A stretch of 41,333 nucleotides of DNA from a virus (IMGVR_UViG_3300045988_083272:1-41333), one strand, 5' to 3'; shown: positions 15,013 to 24,315, numbered from the stretch's first letter. Notes: a model not told the origin generated them from the sequence alone. Numbers and translations: made by a program.

Positions 15013-15101
15013 CGGTGTAGTTCAATTCCACAATGCAAATATAAACTTTGTTTAGCGTACATCCAAACAAAAAGCAAACTATTTTTAGGTGCATTTTATA
15101 A

Positions 15102-15539
15102 ATGACTGAGAATGAGAGAATAAAAAAAGCCATAAAATGGCTTATAGGTAGCGGCATTGCTAAAACTCAAGAAGGAATAGGTCTTCTAATGGGCTATTCC
15201 AATAAATCTGCATTCTCCCAAGTAGTCAACAACCCAGATAAAAGGCCGGAAGATTTTGTCGTGCGTTTATGCAACCTAAACAATGCACTAAACAAAAATT
15301 GGTTATTGACCGGCGAAGGATCAATGCTTAAAACTACCGACCAACCCGTCAGTCAAAGAGAAGAAGACGCAACACTTTCGGAAACTGACTTAAATAATTC
15401 AAACACTATGAAGAAGTATTTAGACCAAGTCCTTCGACAAAACGAGGAACTAATTCGGCAAAATGGGGTACTACTTGACCTATTCCGAGAAGAGAGGGCA
15501 AAAAACAAGGGCGAAGTCGCCCTAAAAAAAGAGGGCTAA
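15102..15539 (+). CDS. HTH regulator, candidate CI/Cro-like switch protein
   Basis: The N-terminal HTH-like segment ends in NKNWLLTGEGSML, a motif common in Bacteroidota phage repressor-like proteins. The gene is divergent from the leftward genes. Confidence 0.55.
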   Translation: MTENERIKKAIKWLIGSGIAKTQEGIGLLMGYSNKSAFSQVVNNPDKRPEDFVVRLCNLNNALNKNWLLTGEGSMLKTTDQPVSQREEDATLSETDLNNSNTMKKYLDQVLRQNEELIRQNGVLLDLFREERAKNKGEVALKKEG

Positions 15540-15683
15540 GGGTATTCTAATTAGACTAATGCCTACCGGAGGAGAGCCGGAACCGTATGCCAAAGCACAC
15601 ACATAATAGCACTAAAAATAAAATCATGCCCTTCTCCGAATACTCGGAGAGGGGTAAATTGTATAATAATAAAATGAACGTGT

Positions 15684-16046
15684 ATGGAACTTATTGCTAC
15701 TTTATTGTTGATTGTTTTCGGTATTTTACAAATCATTCTCTTCTTTAAGTTGTGGGGAATGACAAATGATGTTGCCCAGATTAAAGAATATATCGCACGC
15801 ATGGATAAACGCGTCAGTAATAAATTAAAATCGGGAAAGGCACAAGGCGAACAAAAAGACGCTTCCATGCCCGATTGGGTAATCGGAAGTCGCGTAGTTC
15901 GCATAGCAACAGAAGAGCAGATGAAAATAATCAGCCTTAATTCCAATGGGTCCTTTGTATGTACAAAAGACGGAATAGTCGCCGGTTCATACCGTCGTGA
16001 TGAACTTATGACATGGACTGAATGGCTTGAACATCTCAAAAAATAA
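15684..16046 (+). CDS. Membrane-anchored hypothetical protein (moron)
   Basis: N-terminal TM segment MELIATLLLIVFGILQIILFFKLWGM. Lies in the low-GC island. Confidence 0.5.
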   Translation: MELIATLLLIVFGILQIILFFKLWGMTNDVAQIKEYIARMDKRVSNKLKSGKAQGEQKDASMPDWVIGSRVVRIATEEQMKIISLNSNGSFVCTKDGIVAGSYRRDELMTWTEWLEHLKK

Positions 16047-16077
16047 TATATTGAAAAATCAAATAAAATAGGTTAAC

Positions 16078-16527
16078 ATGAAGAAACTTTTACTATTTTC
16101 CGTATGTATGGCTATTTTATGTTCATGTAACTCCAATCAGAAGAAAGCCGAACGATTGGTAAAACAATACATGAAAGAAAATCTCGACGACTATAAAAGT
16201 TACGAGCCTATTAAATTTTCAGAACTTGAACCGATCCTGATAAAAGAACAAGCGGAAAAAGTTCTTAAAGTAGCAATAGATCATAAAAAAAGCCGCGAAG
16301 ATTATATATATTACTTGGATTCAACCCAATTAAAGGAACAGTTAGCATACATCGCTTCAATAGATACTGATATAGATTCGTTAAAAAGGGTTTGCGATTC
16401 AGCATCCGTTAATGACATTCACGGTTGGTGCTTTGAGCATTCATACCGTTCTGCCAATAAAATAGGAGCAATGGAGAAAAAAACAGAAATATTTTATTTC
16501 AATAGAGATATTACCGAGATTCAATAA
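16078..16527 (+). CDS. Lipoprotein (moron; candidate superinfection-exclusion factor)
   Basis: Signal peptide plus lipobox MKKLLLFSVCMAILCSC. A terminator follows. Confidence 0.65.
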   Translation: MKKLLLFSVCMAILCSCNSNQKKAERLVKQYMKENLDDYKSYEPIKFSELEPILIKEQAEKVLKVAIDHKKSREDYIYYLDSTQLKEQLAYIASIDTDIDSLKRVCDSASVNDIHGWCFEHSYRSANKIGAMEKKTEIFYFNRDITEIQ

Positions 16528-16545
16528 CCCCACCCTCCCCACTCC

Positions 16546-16572
16546 CGCCCCGACTTCTGCCGGGGCGTTTTT
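16546..16572 (+). terminator. Intrinsic terminator
   Basis: cgccccg (16546-16552) pairs with cggggcg (16561-16567), followed by ttttt. Confidence 0.75.
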
Positions 16573-16595
16573 ACCCAAAGTGTAGAATAATTCAC

Positions 16596-16634
16596 TACCT
16601 TTGCGCGTTATTTGCTCGGAAAATGTTATATTTG
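16596..16634 (+). promoter_or_regulatory. Candidate -7 boxes for the next moron gene
   Basis: TACCTTTG at 16596-16603 and TATATTTG at 16627-16634. The -33 elements are weak. Confidence 0.35.
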
Positions 16635-16652
16635 TAACAAAGAACCACTACT

Positions 16653-17285
16653 ATGCTTGAAACTATTTGGAACTGGATCATGGAAAACTACCCCGGCATA
16701 TTCGCAATGCTGGTGGTTGCAGCTGTTGTATGGACAGTTAGTCGTTGGTATTTTAAGTTTGAGGCAAGAGTAAAAGCATGTGAGGCTCACGAGCCGGCTA
16801 TTGAGGAGATAAGAAACGACGTGAAAACCTTGCGAAAGGATATTGACAGCGTTAAAATGGATGTGAAGAGCATCAAAGATTATTTGGTAACAAAAGATCA
16901 AAAAGCAATAAACGTTTTAGCGATGAAAAATAGCCCGATGGTTCTCAATGAGAACGGAAAGCAGATATACGACATTATAGTAGGTGATAAATTCCTTACT
17001 GATAATAAGACGCTTTTATTTGAGCATATCGATAGTAAAAAACCTCGCACTCCGCTGGACGTAGAGATTGCAGCCAAAGAGGTTCTTATTGACCTATTGA
17101 GTAGCCCCATATTTGATGGAATTAAAAACATAGTATACAATTATCCATCGATTCAAATTAAACAAGAGGGGAAAGACGTTGATTATGCTATTTCCATATC
17201 AGATGTGTGTTTCGTATTAAGTATCCCATTGCGTGACATGTATTTGGAAGCGCACCCAGAAATAAACACGAAAGGCGATCAATAG
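16653..17285 (+). CDS. Membrane-anchored hypothetical protein (moron)
   Basis: N-terminal TM segment YPGIFAMLVVAAVVWTV, then a coiled-coil-like segment. Has its own terminator. Confidence 0.55.
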   Translation: MLETIWNWIMENYPGIFAMLVVAAVVWTVSRWYFKFEARVKACEAHEPAIEEIRNDVKTLRKDIDSVKMDVKSIKDYLVTKDQKAINVLAMKNSPMVLNENGKQIYDIIVGDKFLTDNKTLLFEHIDSKKPRTPLDVEIAAKEVLIDLLSSPIFDGIKNIVYNYPSIQIKQEGKDVDYAISISDVCFVLSIPLRDMYLEAHPEINTKGDQ

Positions 17286-17308
17286 CGATAGCACCAAACA
17301 CCCATCGA

Positions 17309-17336
17309 CCCCGGGCCACAAGCTCGGGGCTTTTTT
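17309..17336 (+). terminator. Intrinsic terminator
   Basis: ccccgggc (17309-17316) pairs with gctcgggg (17322-17329), followed by c and tttttt. Confidence 0.7.
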
Positions 17337-17461
17337 GTACCTATTGAACAATTAATCATCTTAAAGTAGGCTTTCTCCCTAAGAAAAACACAAACTTTTT
17401 GAACAATTTGTCCCATCAATCCCCTGGCCACAAAAAAATATGAAAATTTTTCGTCGAACTC

Positions 17462-17492
17462 TTGCATAATGTGCCGAGAGTTGGCTCCTTTG
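17462..17492 (+). promoter_or_regulatory. Late promoter-like motif, copy 1 (TTG-N7-TGCCGA-N9-CCTTTG)
   Basis: cTTGcataatgTGCCGAgagttggctCCTTTGcat. The same blocks with the same spacing occur at 30878-30908 and 36353-36383. Confidence 0.55.
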
Positions 17493-17606
17493 CATCGTAA
17501 GCCTGTGATGAAGCAGGCCACGGACAAGACGAGCGGTAGCATCCGCGAATCTTAACGACGAAAGGACACGTTGTAGGACACACGTTGTTGGTAGTAGTTC
17601 TTGGAA

Positions 17607-17644
17607 GGGTCTGTGGCTATTCATTCGGCCGCAGACCCTTTTTT
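17607..17644 (+). terminator. Strong intrinsic terminator immediately upstream of terS
   Basis: An 11-bp stem pairs gggtctgtggc (17607-17617) with gccgcagaccc (17628-17638). A T6 run follows (17639-17644). The terS ATG is at 17647. Confidence 0.8.
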
Positions 17645-17646
17645 CT

Positions 17647-18171
17647 ATGGCAAAGAGAACGGAAGGAATCAAGACGACAACCGGCAACAAGCCCGCTCGC
17701 AAAGTGGGCCGCCCTCGTGCATATACCCCCGAAGCTCTTGAAGCCAAGTTCGAAGAATATGTCGAATGGGCAAAAGCGAATCCGCGGTGTAATAACCGGC
17801 TACTTTCTGACGGGAGTATCGTTCCAATTCCCACCGAACGTCCGCTGACACTTTCCAGCTTTGCCGTATTTGCAGGAATTGTTCCGGAAACATTTAGAAA
17901 CTTTGAGGAACAAGAGGAATATTTTGGCGTATGTGCGCGCGTACGTGCGCGAATCGAATCCGATCAGTTGGAGGGAGCTATGTGCGAGCAGTACAACCCG
18001 ACGATTGCGTCACGTGTCCTTCATCTTGCCGATCGCCAGGACGTGACCACCAACGGCAAGGACATTCAGCAAGTGCCGGCGATCTCTTTTACCGTAGACG
18101 AAGCCGCAGCTTCGATCATTCAGTCCATCGGAAAACAAACCATCAATTCTATTCATAAGGATGGAAATTGA
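17647..18171 (+). CDS. terS: Terminase small subunit
   Basis: KVGRPRAYTPEALEAKFEEYVEWAK...PLTLSSFAVFAGI...FRNF pattern. Lies directly upstream of terL. Confidence 0.75.
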   Translation: MAKRTEGIKTTTGNKPARKVGRPRAYTPEALEAKFEEYVEWAKANPRCNNRLLSDGSIVPIPTERPLTLSSFAVFAGIVPETFRNFEEQEEYFGVCARVRARIESDQLEGAMCEQYNPTIASRVLHLADRQDVTTNGKDIQQVPAISFTVDEAAASIIQSIGKQTINSIHKDGN

Positions 18172-19384
18172 CGCACGGACATATCGGGGCAAGGTTTATA
18201 AGATCATGTGGTACTTTTTCCATAAGTATCGCAACACAGGTGTTGTCCTGCGTGTTTTCAACGAAGGAAGTTCTCGCTCTGGCAAAACATTCGACACGTT
18301 TGATTTCCTATACGATATATGCGCCATAGGAGATCGCGCCTATAAGATATATGTTTATCGAGCCACATTGCAAGATTGCAAGGAGAAGGCCCTCGACGAT
18401 TTCAAGAAAAAGCTTATGGCACGGGGTATTTATGATCCCGACAGCATGCACAGCGAGAAGATTCTTCCCGAGTATCATATCGGCAACAGCATTATCCGTT
18501 TTCGCGGTCTCGACAAAATGGACGTGAAAGAGGGCCATGACTGCGACATTATCTATTTCAATGAGATGTTGGACGATATTTCCAAGGCGCAGTTCAACAA
18601 TATCACGATGCGTTGCACTACCATGATTATCGGCGACTGGAACCCTAAATACACCGAGCATTGGGTTTTTGAAATGGAAGGCCAACCGGACACGATATTT
18701 ACCAAAACCACCTACAAGGACAACCCTTTCTGTCCTCCCAGCGTTCGTCAGACCATCGAAAGCTACGAGCCCACTCCCGAGAACATTGCAGCGGGAACCG
18801 CCGACGATTTCCGATGGAAAGTCTACGGTCTTGGCGAGCGGGCCGCGCAAGAAGGTTTGGTTTATCCCAATATAGACTGGATCGACGAATTTCCGGACGA
18901 TTTGGAATATACGGCATATGGTATTGACTTCGGATTTACCAATGATCCCACGGCTATTATCCATGTAGGAGTTCGTGGCCGGGACCTTTTCCTGCATGAG
19001 CTATTCTATTCACCCATTGATGATCCCGACCTGCTTTATCAAATTGTAGCACCGATCCTCGGTTCCGAAGGATATGCCATTGCAGACAGCGCAGACAAAT
19101 ATGCCAAGAATCCCGAAGGTATGGTCAAGTCGCTTCAGATGCGCGGACTGAGTGTTATAAAGGCCAAGAAATTCCAGGACAGCATCACTACGGGCATCTC
19201 CTATATGAAGAATTTCCATATCCATTGTGTCAAGACCAAAAACATGCGCAATGAGGCCAACACTTATGTATGGGATGCGGTAAACGGAATCACGATCAAT
19301 AAACCCGTAGACAAGAATAATCACCTCTGGGACGCCGCTCGATACGTCGTGATGACGGTGTTCCGAAATTATATCGCAGCATGA
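18161..19384 (+). CDS. terL: Terminase large subunit (PBSX/Terminase_3-like)
   Basis: Walker A-like NEGSSRSGKTFD, a DCDIIYFNE Walker B-like segment, and a nuclease half with DFGFTNDPTA. Confidence 0.9.
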   Translation: MEIDARTYRGKVYKIMWYFFHKYRNTGVVLRVFNEGSSRSGKTFDTFDFLYDICAIGDRAYKIYVYRATLQDCKEKALDDFKKKLMARGIYDPDSMHSEKILPEYHIGNSIIRFRGLDKMDVKEGHDCDIIYFNEMLDDISKAQFNNITMRCTTMIIGDWNPKYTEHWVFEMEGQPDTIFTKTTYKDNPFCPPSVRQTIESYEPTPENIAAGTADDFRWKVYGLGERAAQEGLVYPNIDWIDEFPDDLEYTAYGIDFGFTNDPTAIIHVGVRGRDLFLHELFYSPIDDPDLLYQIVAPILGSEGYAIADSADKYAKNPEGMVKSLQMRGLSVIKAKKFQDSITTGISYMKNFHIHCVKTKNMRNEANTYVWDAVNGITINKPVDKNNHLWDAARYVVMTVFRNYIAA

Positions 19385-20610
19385 AGTTCTTCGGATATAA
19401 TGTCAATATAGCCAAATGCGGCAACGACAAAAACCCATTTAGGTCATTGAATCTCAATGTCCGAGATGTATTGAATTTATTTGGCAATCGCTCCGGAAGC
19501 ATCGACACTTCAACGCCCGAAGGACAAGCCGCAGCTTTCGCATCATGTTCAATTCTGGCATCCATAGTCACTAAGAAAGTTTCGGCAATAGCCAATGCTC
19601 GCTACTGGCCCCAGGATGACGAAGGAAACGATATTGAGAAGCCCGAAGCATTGAATCGGATGCAAAAGCCCAATAAATACCAAACCCTATCTGAATTTGT
19701 GTGTATGGTCGAATTTTTCTCGCAGATATTCGGCAAGGCTTACATCGTCAAAATAGCTCCTGTTGGATTCGAGAATGATTTCGAACTATACGTCGTGCCT
19801 AATCTGATGGTTACAGAAAATGAACAAACCATTATAGAGGCGACATTCGCGCCTTATGCAGACGTAAAAGATTACACTATAACCCTTGGCAGCGGCTATC
19901 AAAAAATAATCGACAAAGACGATATGTTTATCGTCAACGATGCAACCTACTCGCTTAACCGGATGGGCGGGGCTGTATCTCGGATGGAGTCGCTTCAATA
20001 CCCGATCAACACCTTCATATCCTCCTATGATGCCGTGAATGAATTGTTGGTTAATCGGGGTATGCTCGGCATTATTTCGCTGATGTCAGAAGACCCGACA
20101 ACCACATTATCATCTCCATTCACGAAAAAAGACAAGCAAGAACTCGAAGAGGGATTAAATAAGTACGGCGTTATTAAAGGACGGCTCAAATACGCTATAA
20201 CTGCCTTCAAAGCATCTTATGTGCCTATTTCATCGACTATATCCGATCTGGGGCTGACGGATATTCAACGCAATTGCAAGAAGGACATTGCCTATACGTA
20301 TCAGGTTCCAAGCATCCTTCTCGACGTGGAAGGAAGTACTTACTCGAATTTTGGGGAAGCCAAGCTGGAATTCTACACGAACGATATAATCCCTTCCGCC
20401 CGCAACATTATGTCCGCGCTTAACAGAATATACGGAAATGAAGGATTCGCCATCAAGCCTTTCTTTGACCACCTGGAACTATTCCAAGACGCCAAGAGAC
20501 AGCAAGCGGCTGGTATGGTTTCACTTGTGTCGGCACTCGATCACGCCGTACAATCCGGATTGATGTCTTTAACAGACGCCAAAAATGAACTTCAAAAATA
20601 CATGATCTAA
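19381..20610 (+). CDS. Portal protein
   Basis: 409 aa, positioned between terL and the prohead protease. ATGA overlap with terL. Confidence 0.8.
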   Translation: MKFFGYNVNIAKCGNDKNPFRSLNLNVRDVLNLFGNRSGSIDTSTPEGQAAAFASCSILASIVTKKVSAIANARYWPQDDEGNDIEKPEALNRMQKPNKYQTLSEFVCMVEFFSQIFGKAYIVKIAPVGFENDFELYVVPNLMVTENEQTIIEATFAPYADVKDYTITLGSGYQKIIDKDDMFIVNDATYSLNRMGGAVSRMESLQYPINTFISSYDAVNELLVNRGMLGIISLMSEDPTTTLSSPFTKKDKQELEEGLNKYGVIKGRLKYAITAFKASYVPISSTISDLGLTDIQRNCKKDIAYTYQVPSILLDVEGSTYSNFGEAKLEFYTNDIIPSARNIMSALNRIYGNEGFAIKPFFDHLELFQDAKRQQAAGMVSLVSALDHAVQSGLMSLTDAKNELQKYMI

Positions 20611-21302
20611 TGGAAGACAAAATAAAATCATTCAAAGGGTGTATTGACGACATAAAACGCGATCAAGGCGTTGTGACCATCGCCATATCCAAGTTCGATC
20701 AAGAGGACCGCGCCGAAGACATCGTGCGCAAAGGCGCCTTTGCCAAGTCGTTCGAGGATATGTCCCGCATCAAACATTGCATTGACCATAAGCAAGACCT
20801 CGATCACGTAGTGGGGACTCCCCGCAAAGCATGGGAGTCGGATGAATACGCCCTTGTCGAAAGCAAGTTGATTCTCGGCAAGACTGCCGGGCATGACGCA
20901 TTCGAATATTACAAGCATTGTGCGGACGAAGGACGGCAAGTAGAGCATTCATATTGCTATCGCGTACTTCGGAAAAATCATAACGACCACATTGCAGGCG
21001 ACGACATCGCGGAGTTGCAGTTAAAATACGAGTACAGCACCGTATTCGCCGGGTGCAATCCGTTTACCCCGGCCCTTGATGTCAAGGGGTTGAAAACCAT
21101 CGATGACATCATTGCATATCAAGAACAACTCAACAACCTCCTTCGTAAATGCGACTTCTCGGACGAAGGCGGCCGAAAAATCGAATGCCTCATAAAGAAG
21201 ATCGAGGAAGGTCTTGCAGAGATTCGCAAGCAGGCTCCTCATGACAGCGCCACCGTCGAAGGAATCATTGAAGTTTTACGCCATTCATTTACAAACCATT
21301 AA
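20610..21302 (+). CDS. HK97-family prohead protease
   Basis: DQEDRAEDIVRKGAFAKS...HCIDHKQ pattern. Lies directly upstream of the capsid gene. Confidence 0.75.
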   Translation: MEDKIKSFKGCIDDIKRDQGVVTIAISKFDQEDRAEDIVRKGAFAKSFEDMSRIKHCIDHKQDLDHVVGTPRKAWESDEYALVESKLILGKTAGHDAFEYYKHCADEGRQVEHSYCYRVLRKNHNDHIAGDDIAELQLKYEYSTVFAGCNPFTPALDVKGLKTIDDIIAYQEQLNNLLRKCDFSDEGGRKIECLIKKIEEGLAEIRKQAPHDSATVEGIIEVLRHSFTNH

Positions 21303-21314
21303 AAAAAAGAAATT

Positions 21315-22517
21315 ATGAACGAAGAACTGAAAAAAGAGTTGGAGCAGTTCGCTAACGAAGTAAAGGGAGGTATGGTTCCCGCCGATGTCTTCGAAGCAAA
21401 ATATAAAGCTCTCAACGAAAAGATCGAGGCACTTCCTGACGCTAAAAGCGTCCAGGAGCTCCGAGACGCCATGAAAGCGCAGGGAGAAACCCTTTCCATG
21501 CTCAAAAATGCGGGGAGCAAGTCCGGCGAATCATTGGATGCTCAGATCAAGGCATTCATTGAGAATAAGGACAACATCGACGCCGTAATGAAGGGGCAGT
21601 CGGCAGGTGCCGAGCTCAAACTCAAAGACGCCGCACTGATGACGACGACCAACGCCAAACCGGCTATCGACATCTGGAATGTCGAAATCGACCGCACCAT
21701 CCACGCGGCGCCCAGCGAACCCGATGCGATCTATTCACGTCTCGTGAAGGGGTCCACGTCATCGCCCAACATCGTATGGGTTAACCGCGTAGACGGTGAG
21801 GGAGGCGCAGCATTCGTCGCCGAAGGTGCCCTCAAACCACTGAAAGACTGGGAGTATGAAACCGAAACATCGACGGCCAAGAAAGTCGCCGTTTCGTGCA
21901 AGGTTTCTACCGAGATGCTGACCGACGCGCCCTTCATGCGCAGTGAGATCGACCGCCTCCTCCGTCAGGACTTAATGTCTGTCGTCAATGAGAAGGTTCT
22001 TACCGGAACCGGGTCGGGTGCCGAAATCAAAGGTGTAACCGTTGGCGCCGCAGGATATACCCTCTCAGATCTCGACGACAAAGTGGAGAACCCGAACTAC
22101 GCCGACGCCATCCGCGCCGCAGTTCTGCAACTTCGGATGCTCAACTTCCGACCCGATACGCTGTTTATCAATCCCGTGGACAACGCCATGATTGATTTGA
22201 CGAAGGACACCACGGGGCACTATCTCACTACCGAGATGAAATCCTTGATTTCTGGAATCACCATCGTAGAAACCGCCAATATCACAAAAGGCAAGTTCCT
22301 GCTGATGGACACATCCCGATGGATGCTGCGTGTCTACGAAAACCTGCGCCTGGAATACGGGTTAGAAAACGACGACTTCCGCAAGAACCTCGTGACGGTC
22401 ATCGCCGAGATGCGGCTGCACTCCTATCAGAACTCCATCGACGCTGGATCACTGGTGTATGCGGACTTTGCAACCGTGCTGGCCGCCATCGAGAAGCCTG
22501 CATCTGCTGCAGCCTGA
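21315..22517 (+). CDS. Major capsid protein (HK97 fold)
   Basis: 400 aa with an N-terminal coiled-coil delta-like region. Its position and size fit the HK97 family. Confidence 0.85.
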   Translation: MNEELKKELEQFANEVKGGMVPADVFEAKYKALNEKIEALPDAKSVQELRDAMKAQGETLSMLKNAGSKSGESLDAQIKAFIENKDNIDAVMKGQSAGAELKLKDAALMTTTNAKPAIDIWNVEIDRTIHAAPSEPDAIYSRLVKGSTSSPNIVWVNRVDGEGGAAFVAEGALKPLKDWEYETETSTAKKVAVSCKVSTEMLTDAPFMRSEIDRLLRQDLMSVVNEKVLTGTGSGAEIKGVTVGAAGYTLSDLDDKVENPNYADAIRAAVLQLRMLNFRPDTLFINPVDNAMIDLTKDTTGHYLTTEMKSLISGITIVETANITKGKFLLMDTSRWMLRVYENLRLEYGLENDDFRKNLVTVIAEMRLHSYQNSIDAGSLVYADFATVLAAIEKPASAAA

Positions 22518-22544
22518 TAACAAACATTCAAAACATTATATATC

Positions 22545-22718
22545 ATGGAAAAAGGAGAAAAGATCAAACTGGACGAAAAGGTAAAGATCGTCGGCACTGG
22601 CGCCAGCAAATTTATGCCCAAGGGCGCCATCTATGAGGTGCATCCCCGACACGCACGCAAACTCGTGGATGCCGGCAAAGCAACGTGCCCCGGAGGACTT
22701 CCTAAGTTTGACAAATAG
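22545..22718 (+). CDS. Small hypothetical protein (57 aa)
   Basis: MEKGEKIKLDEKVKIVGTGASKFMPKGAIYEVHPRHARKLVDAGKA.... A hairpin follows. Confidence 0.45.
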   Translation: MEKGEKIKLDEKVKIVGTGASKFMPKGAIYEVHPRHARKLVDAGKATCPGGLPKFDK

Positions 22719-22726
22719 ACGCAAGG

Positions 22727-22754
22727 CAGAGGGGTGTCGTTTGGTACCCCTCTG
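22727..22754 (+). terminator. Stem-loop after the head module (partial terminator or mRNA stabiliser)
   Basis: cagaggggt (22727-22735) pairs with acccctctg (22746-22754). Only a weak T tract follows (ttatta). Confidence 0.4.
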
Positions 22755-22765
22755 TTATTACAACT

Positions 22766-23245
22766 ATGCTCATAGACGAACGATACTTTACATATCCCGA
22801 GACATATATTGCGGGAATAGAGACCAAGAGCGACGGTAAACCCGCCGGACCTGCCCTCAAAATCATCAGCGACATCCAAGCATATATCGCCAAGTATGAA
22901 CCGCGGTTTTTGCGGATGCTGCTGGGGTCGGATGTCGCCGACAATATCGAGGATTACCCGGCGATTATTGCGCTGCTGGCGCAACCGGACAAGGGGACAT
23001 CTGTAATCGCCAAATATGTCTATTTCTACTATTCGCGCGACCATATGACGTTCAACACCGTCGCCGGGGAAAAACTCAAGAACACCGAGAGCAGTACCCG
23101 AACATCTCCGACACATCGGCTCGTCCGCGTGTGGAACGATATGGTAGACGAATGCCGAGAGATCATCCGCATCGTTGATGATGTGGAGCTGTGCCCGGAC
23201 TTTGACGCGGAGATATTCGAACCGATCAACACTTTCAACCTATGA
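22766..23245 (+). CDS. Hypothetical virion morphogenesis protein (head-tail joining region)
   Basis: 159-aa ORF. Assigned by position only. Confidence 0.5.
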   Translation: MLIDERYFTYPETYIAGIETKSDGKPAGPALKIISDIQAYIAKYEPRFLRMLLGSDVADNIEDYPAIIALLAQPDKGTSVIAKYVYFYYSRDHMTFNTVAGEKLKNTESSTRTSPTHRLVRVWNDMVDECREIIRIVDDVELCPDFDAEIFEPINTFNL

Positions 23246-23901
23246 AGATAACCCCCAAAGATACGGTTGGCGATATTGTATTGCGTAACCGTGCATTATT
23301 CAGCATGGGTACCGAACGCATCGTAAAAGCCATCCAAGACCTTCCGGAACCGGAGTTCATACCTATGAAGCGCCGGATGTGGTTCGACAAACGTCTGCCC
23401 GTGCGTGACATCGCTGAGATCACGATGGGCGAGTTGAATGCCATCGAAGCCCGAAAACCGTCGTACGAATATTTTTGCATCGTGCTCGGTGTGATGCTCG
23501 GGCTCATGAAGTTCAACCGCATAGGCATTGACGGTAATCCGGATTGGACCGCGGGGTTCAGCGTAGACGAGGAGCAAATCGGACGCCTCCGGTTCATCCG
23601 TGCCCAGCGCTATTTCATTGCCATACAGAAAGGGTTGGAAGGTATCGGCAAGTCGTGGAAAAAGCTGGAAATGCCCCTCACGGCCGCCGAGATGAAAGCG
23701 CGTATCAAGCGACCCAATCGCGGACTTGTCGCCGTATGCCGGAAATACTGCCAGATCATGAACGGCGCCGTTGACATGAATAAAGCATGGAATACGCCGT
23801 GGGCGACAGTATACGAAGCATTCGAGGCATGCAAGTGCGACAACATGGAACAGCGGGCCATCTATGAAGCAAACAAATCTAACGGGAGACGGGGACGATG
23901 A
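23242..23901 (+). CDS. Hypothetical structural-module protein
   Basis: 219-aa ORF with an ATGA overlap. Confidence 0.55.
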   Translation: MKITPKDTVGDIVLRNRALFSMGTERIVKAIQDLPEPEFIPMKRRMWFDKRLPVRDIAEITMGELNAIEARKPSYEYFCIVLGVMLGLMKFNRIGIDGNPDWTAGFSVDEEQIGRLRFIRAQRYFIAIQKGLEGIGKSWKKLEMPLTAAEMKARIKRPNRGLVAVCRKYCQIMNGAVDMNKAWNTPWATVYEAFEACKCDNMEQRAIYEANKSNGRRGR

Positions 23902-24314
23902 AAAAAAGCATTAACGAGATATTCAGAGAGTGCGCCGAGGCGGAGGGACTGTGCTCCTATATGTACGCCCGGATAGCCGAAGCTAATTATCTGATGGATG
24001 ACGTAAAGCAATACCCCGTATTGCTCCGTCAGTTCAACGAGACGATTTCCGAAACACGGATGTCGGACACGCGGCGCCGGACGACGACGCTCTATTTCTG
24101 CGACGCCCTCGGGAAAGCGGAGCCGGACACGGAGACCGAAGTGCAGCCAATCGTCGAAAAGATGGAAGAACGCGCCTTTGCATTTATCAACCGGATGCGG
24201 TCGATGGGTATAGAGGTCGAGCTTGTGGCCAACGCGACGCCCTTTTACGGCAAATTCGACGTGTTGGTGGCGGGCGTAACCCTAAGCGCTATTATGACCT
24301 ATAACATCTGCTGA
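23898..24314 (+). CDS. Hypothetical structural-module protein
   Basis: 138-aa ORF with an ATGA overlap. Confidence 0.55.
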   Translation: MKKSINEIFRECAEAEGLCSYMYARIAEANYLMDDVKQYPVLLRQFNETISETRMSDTRRRTTTLYFCDALGKAEPDTETEVQPIVEKMEERAFAFINRMRSMGIEVELVANATPFYGKFDVLVAGVTLSAIMTYNIC

Positions 24315-24315
24315 T

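Noticed and set aside
17379-17834. 151-aa minus-strand ORF spanning the terS leader
   Set aside because: It overlaps the promoter motif, the terminator hairpin and the terS 5' end on the opposite strand. It has no coding-like features or coupling to neighbours.
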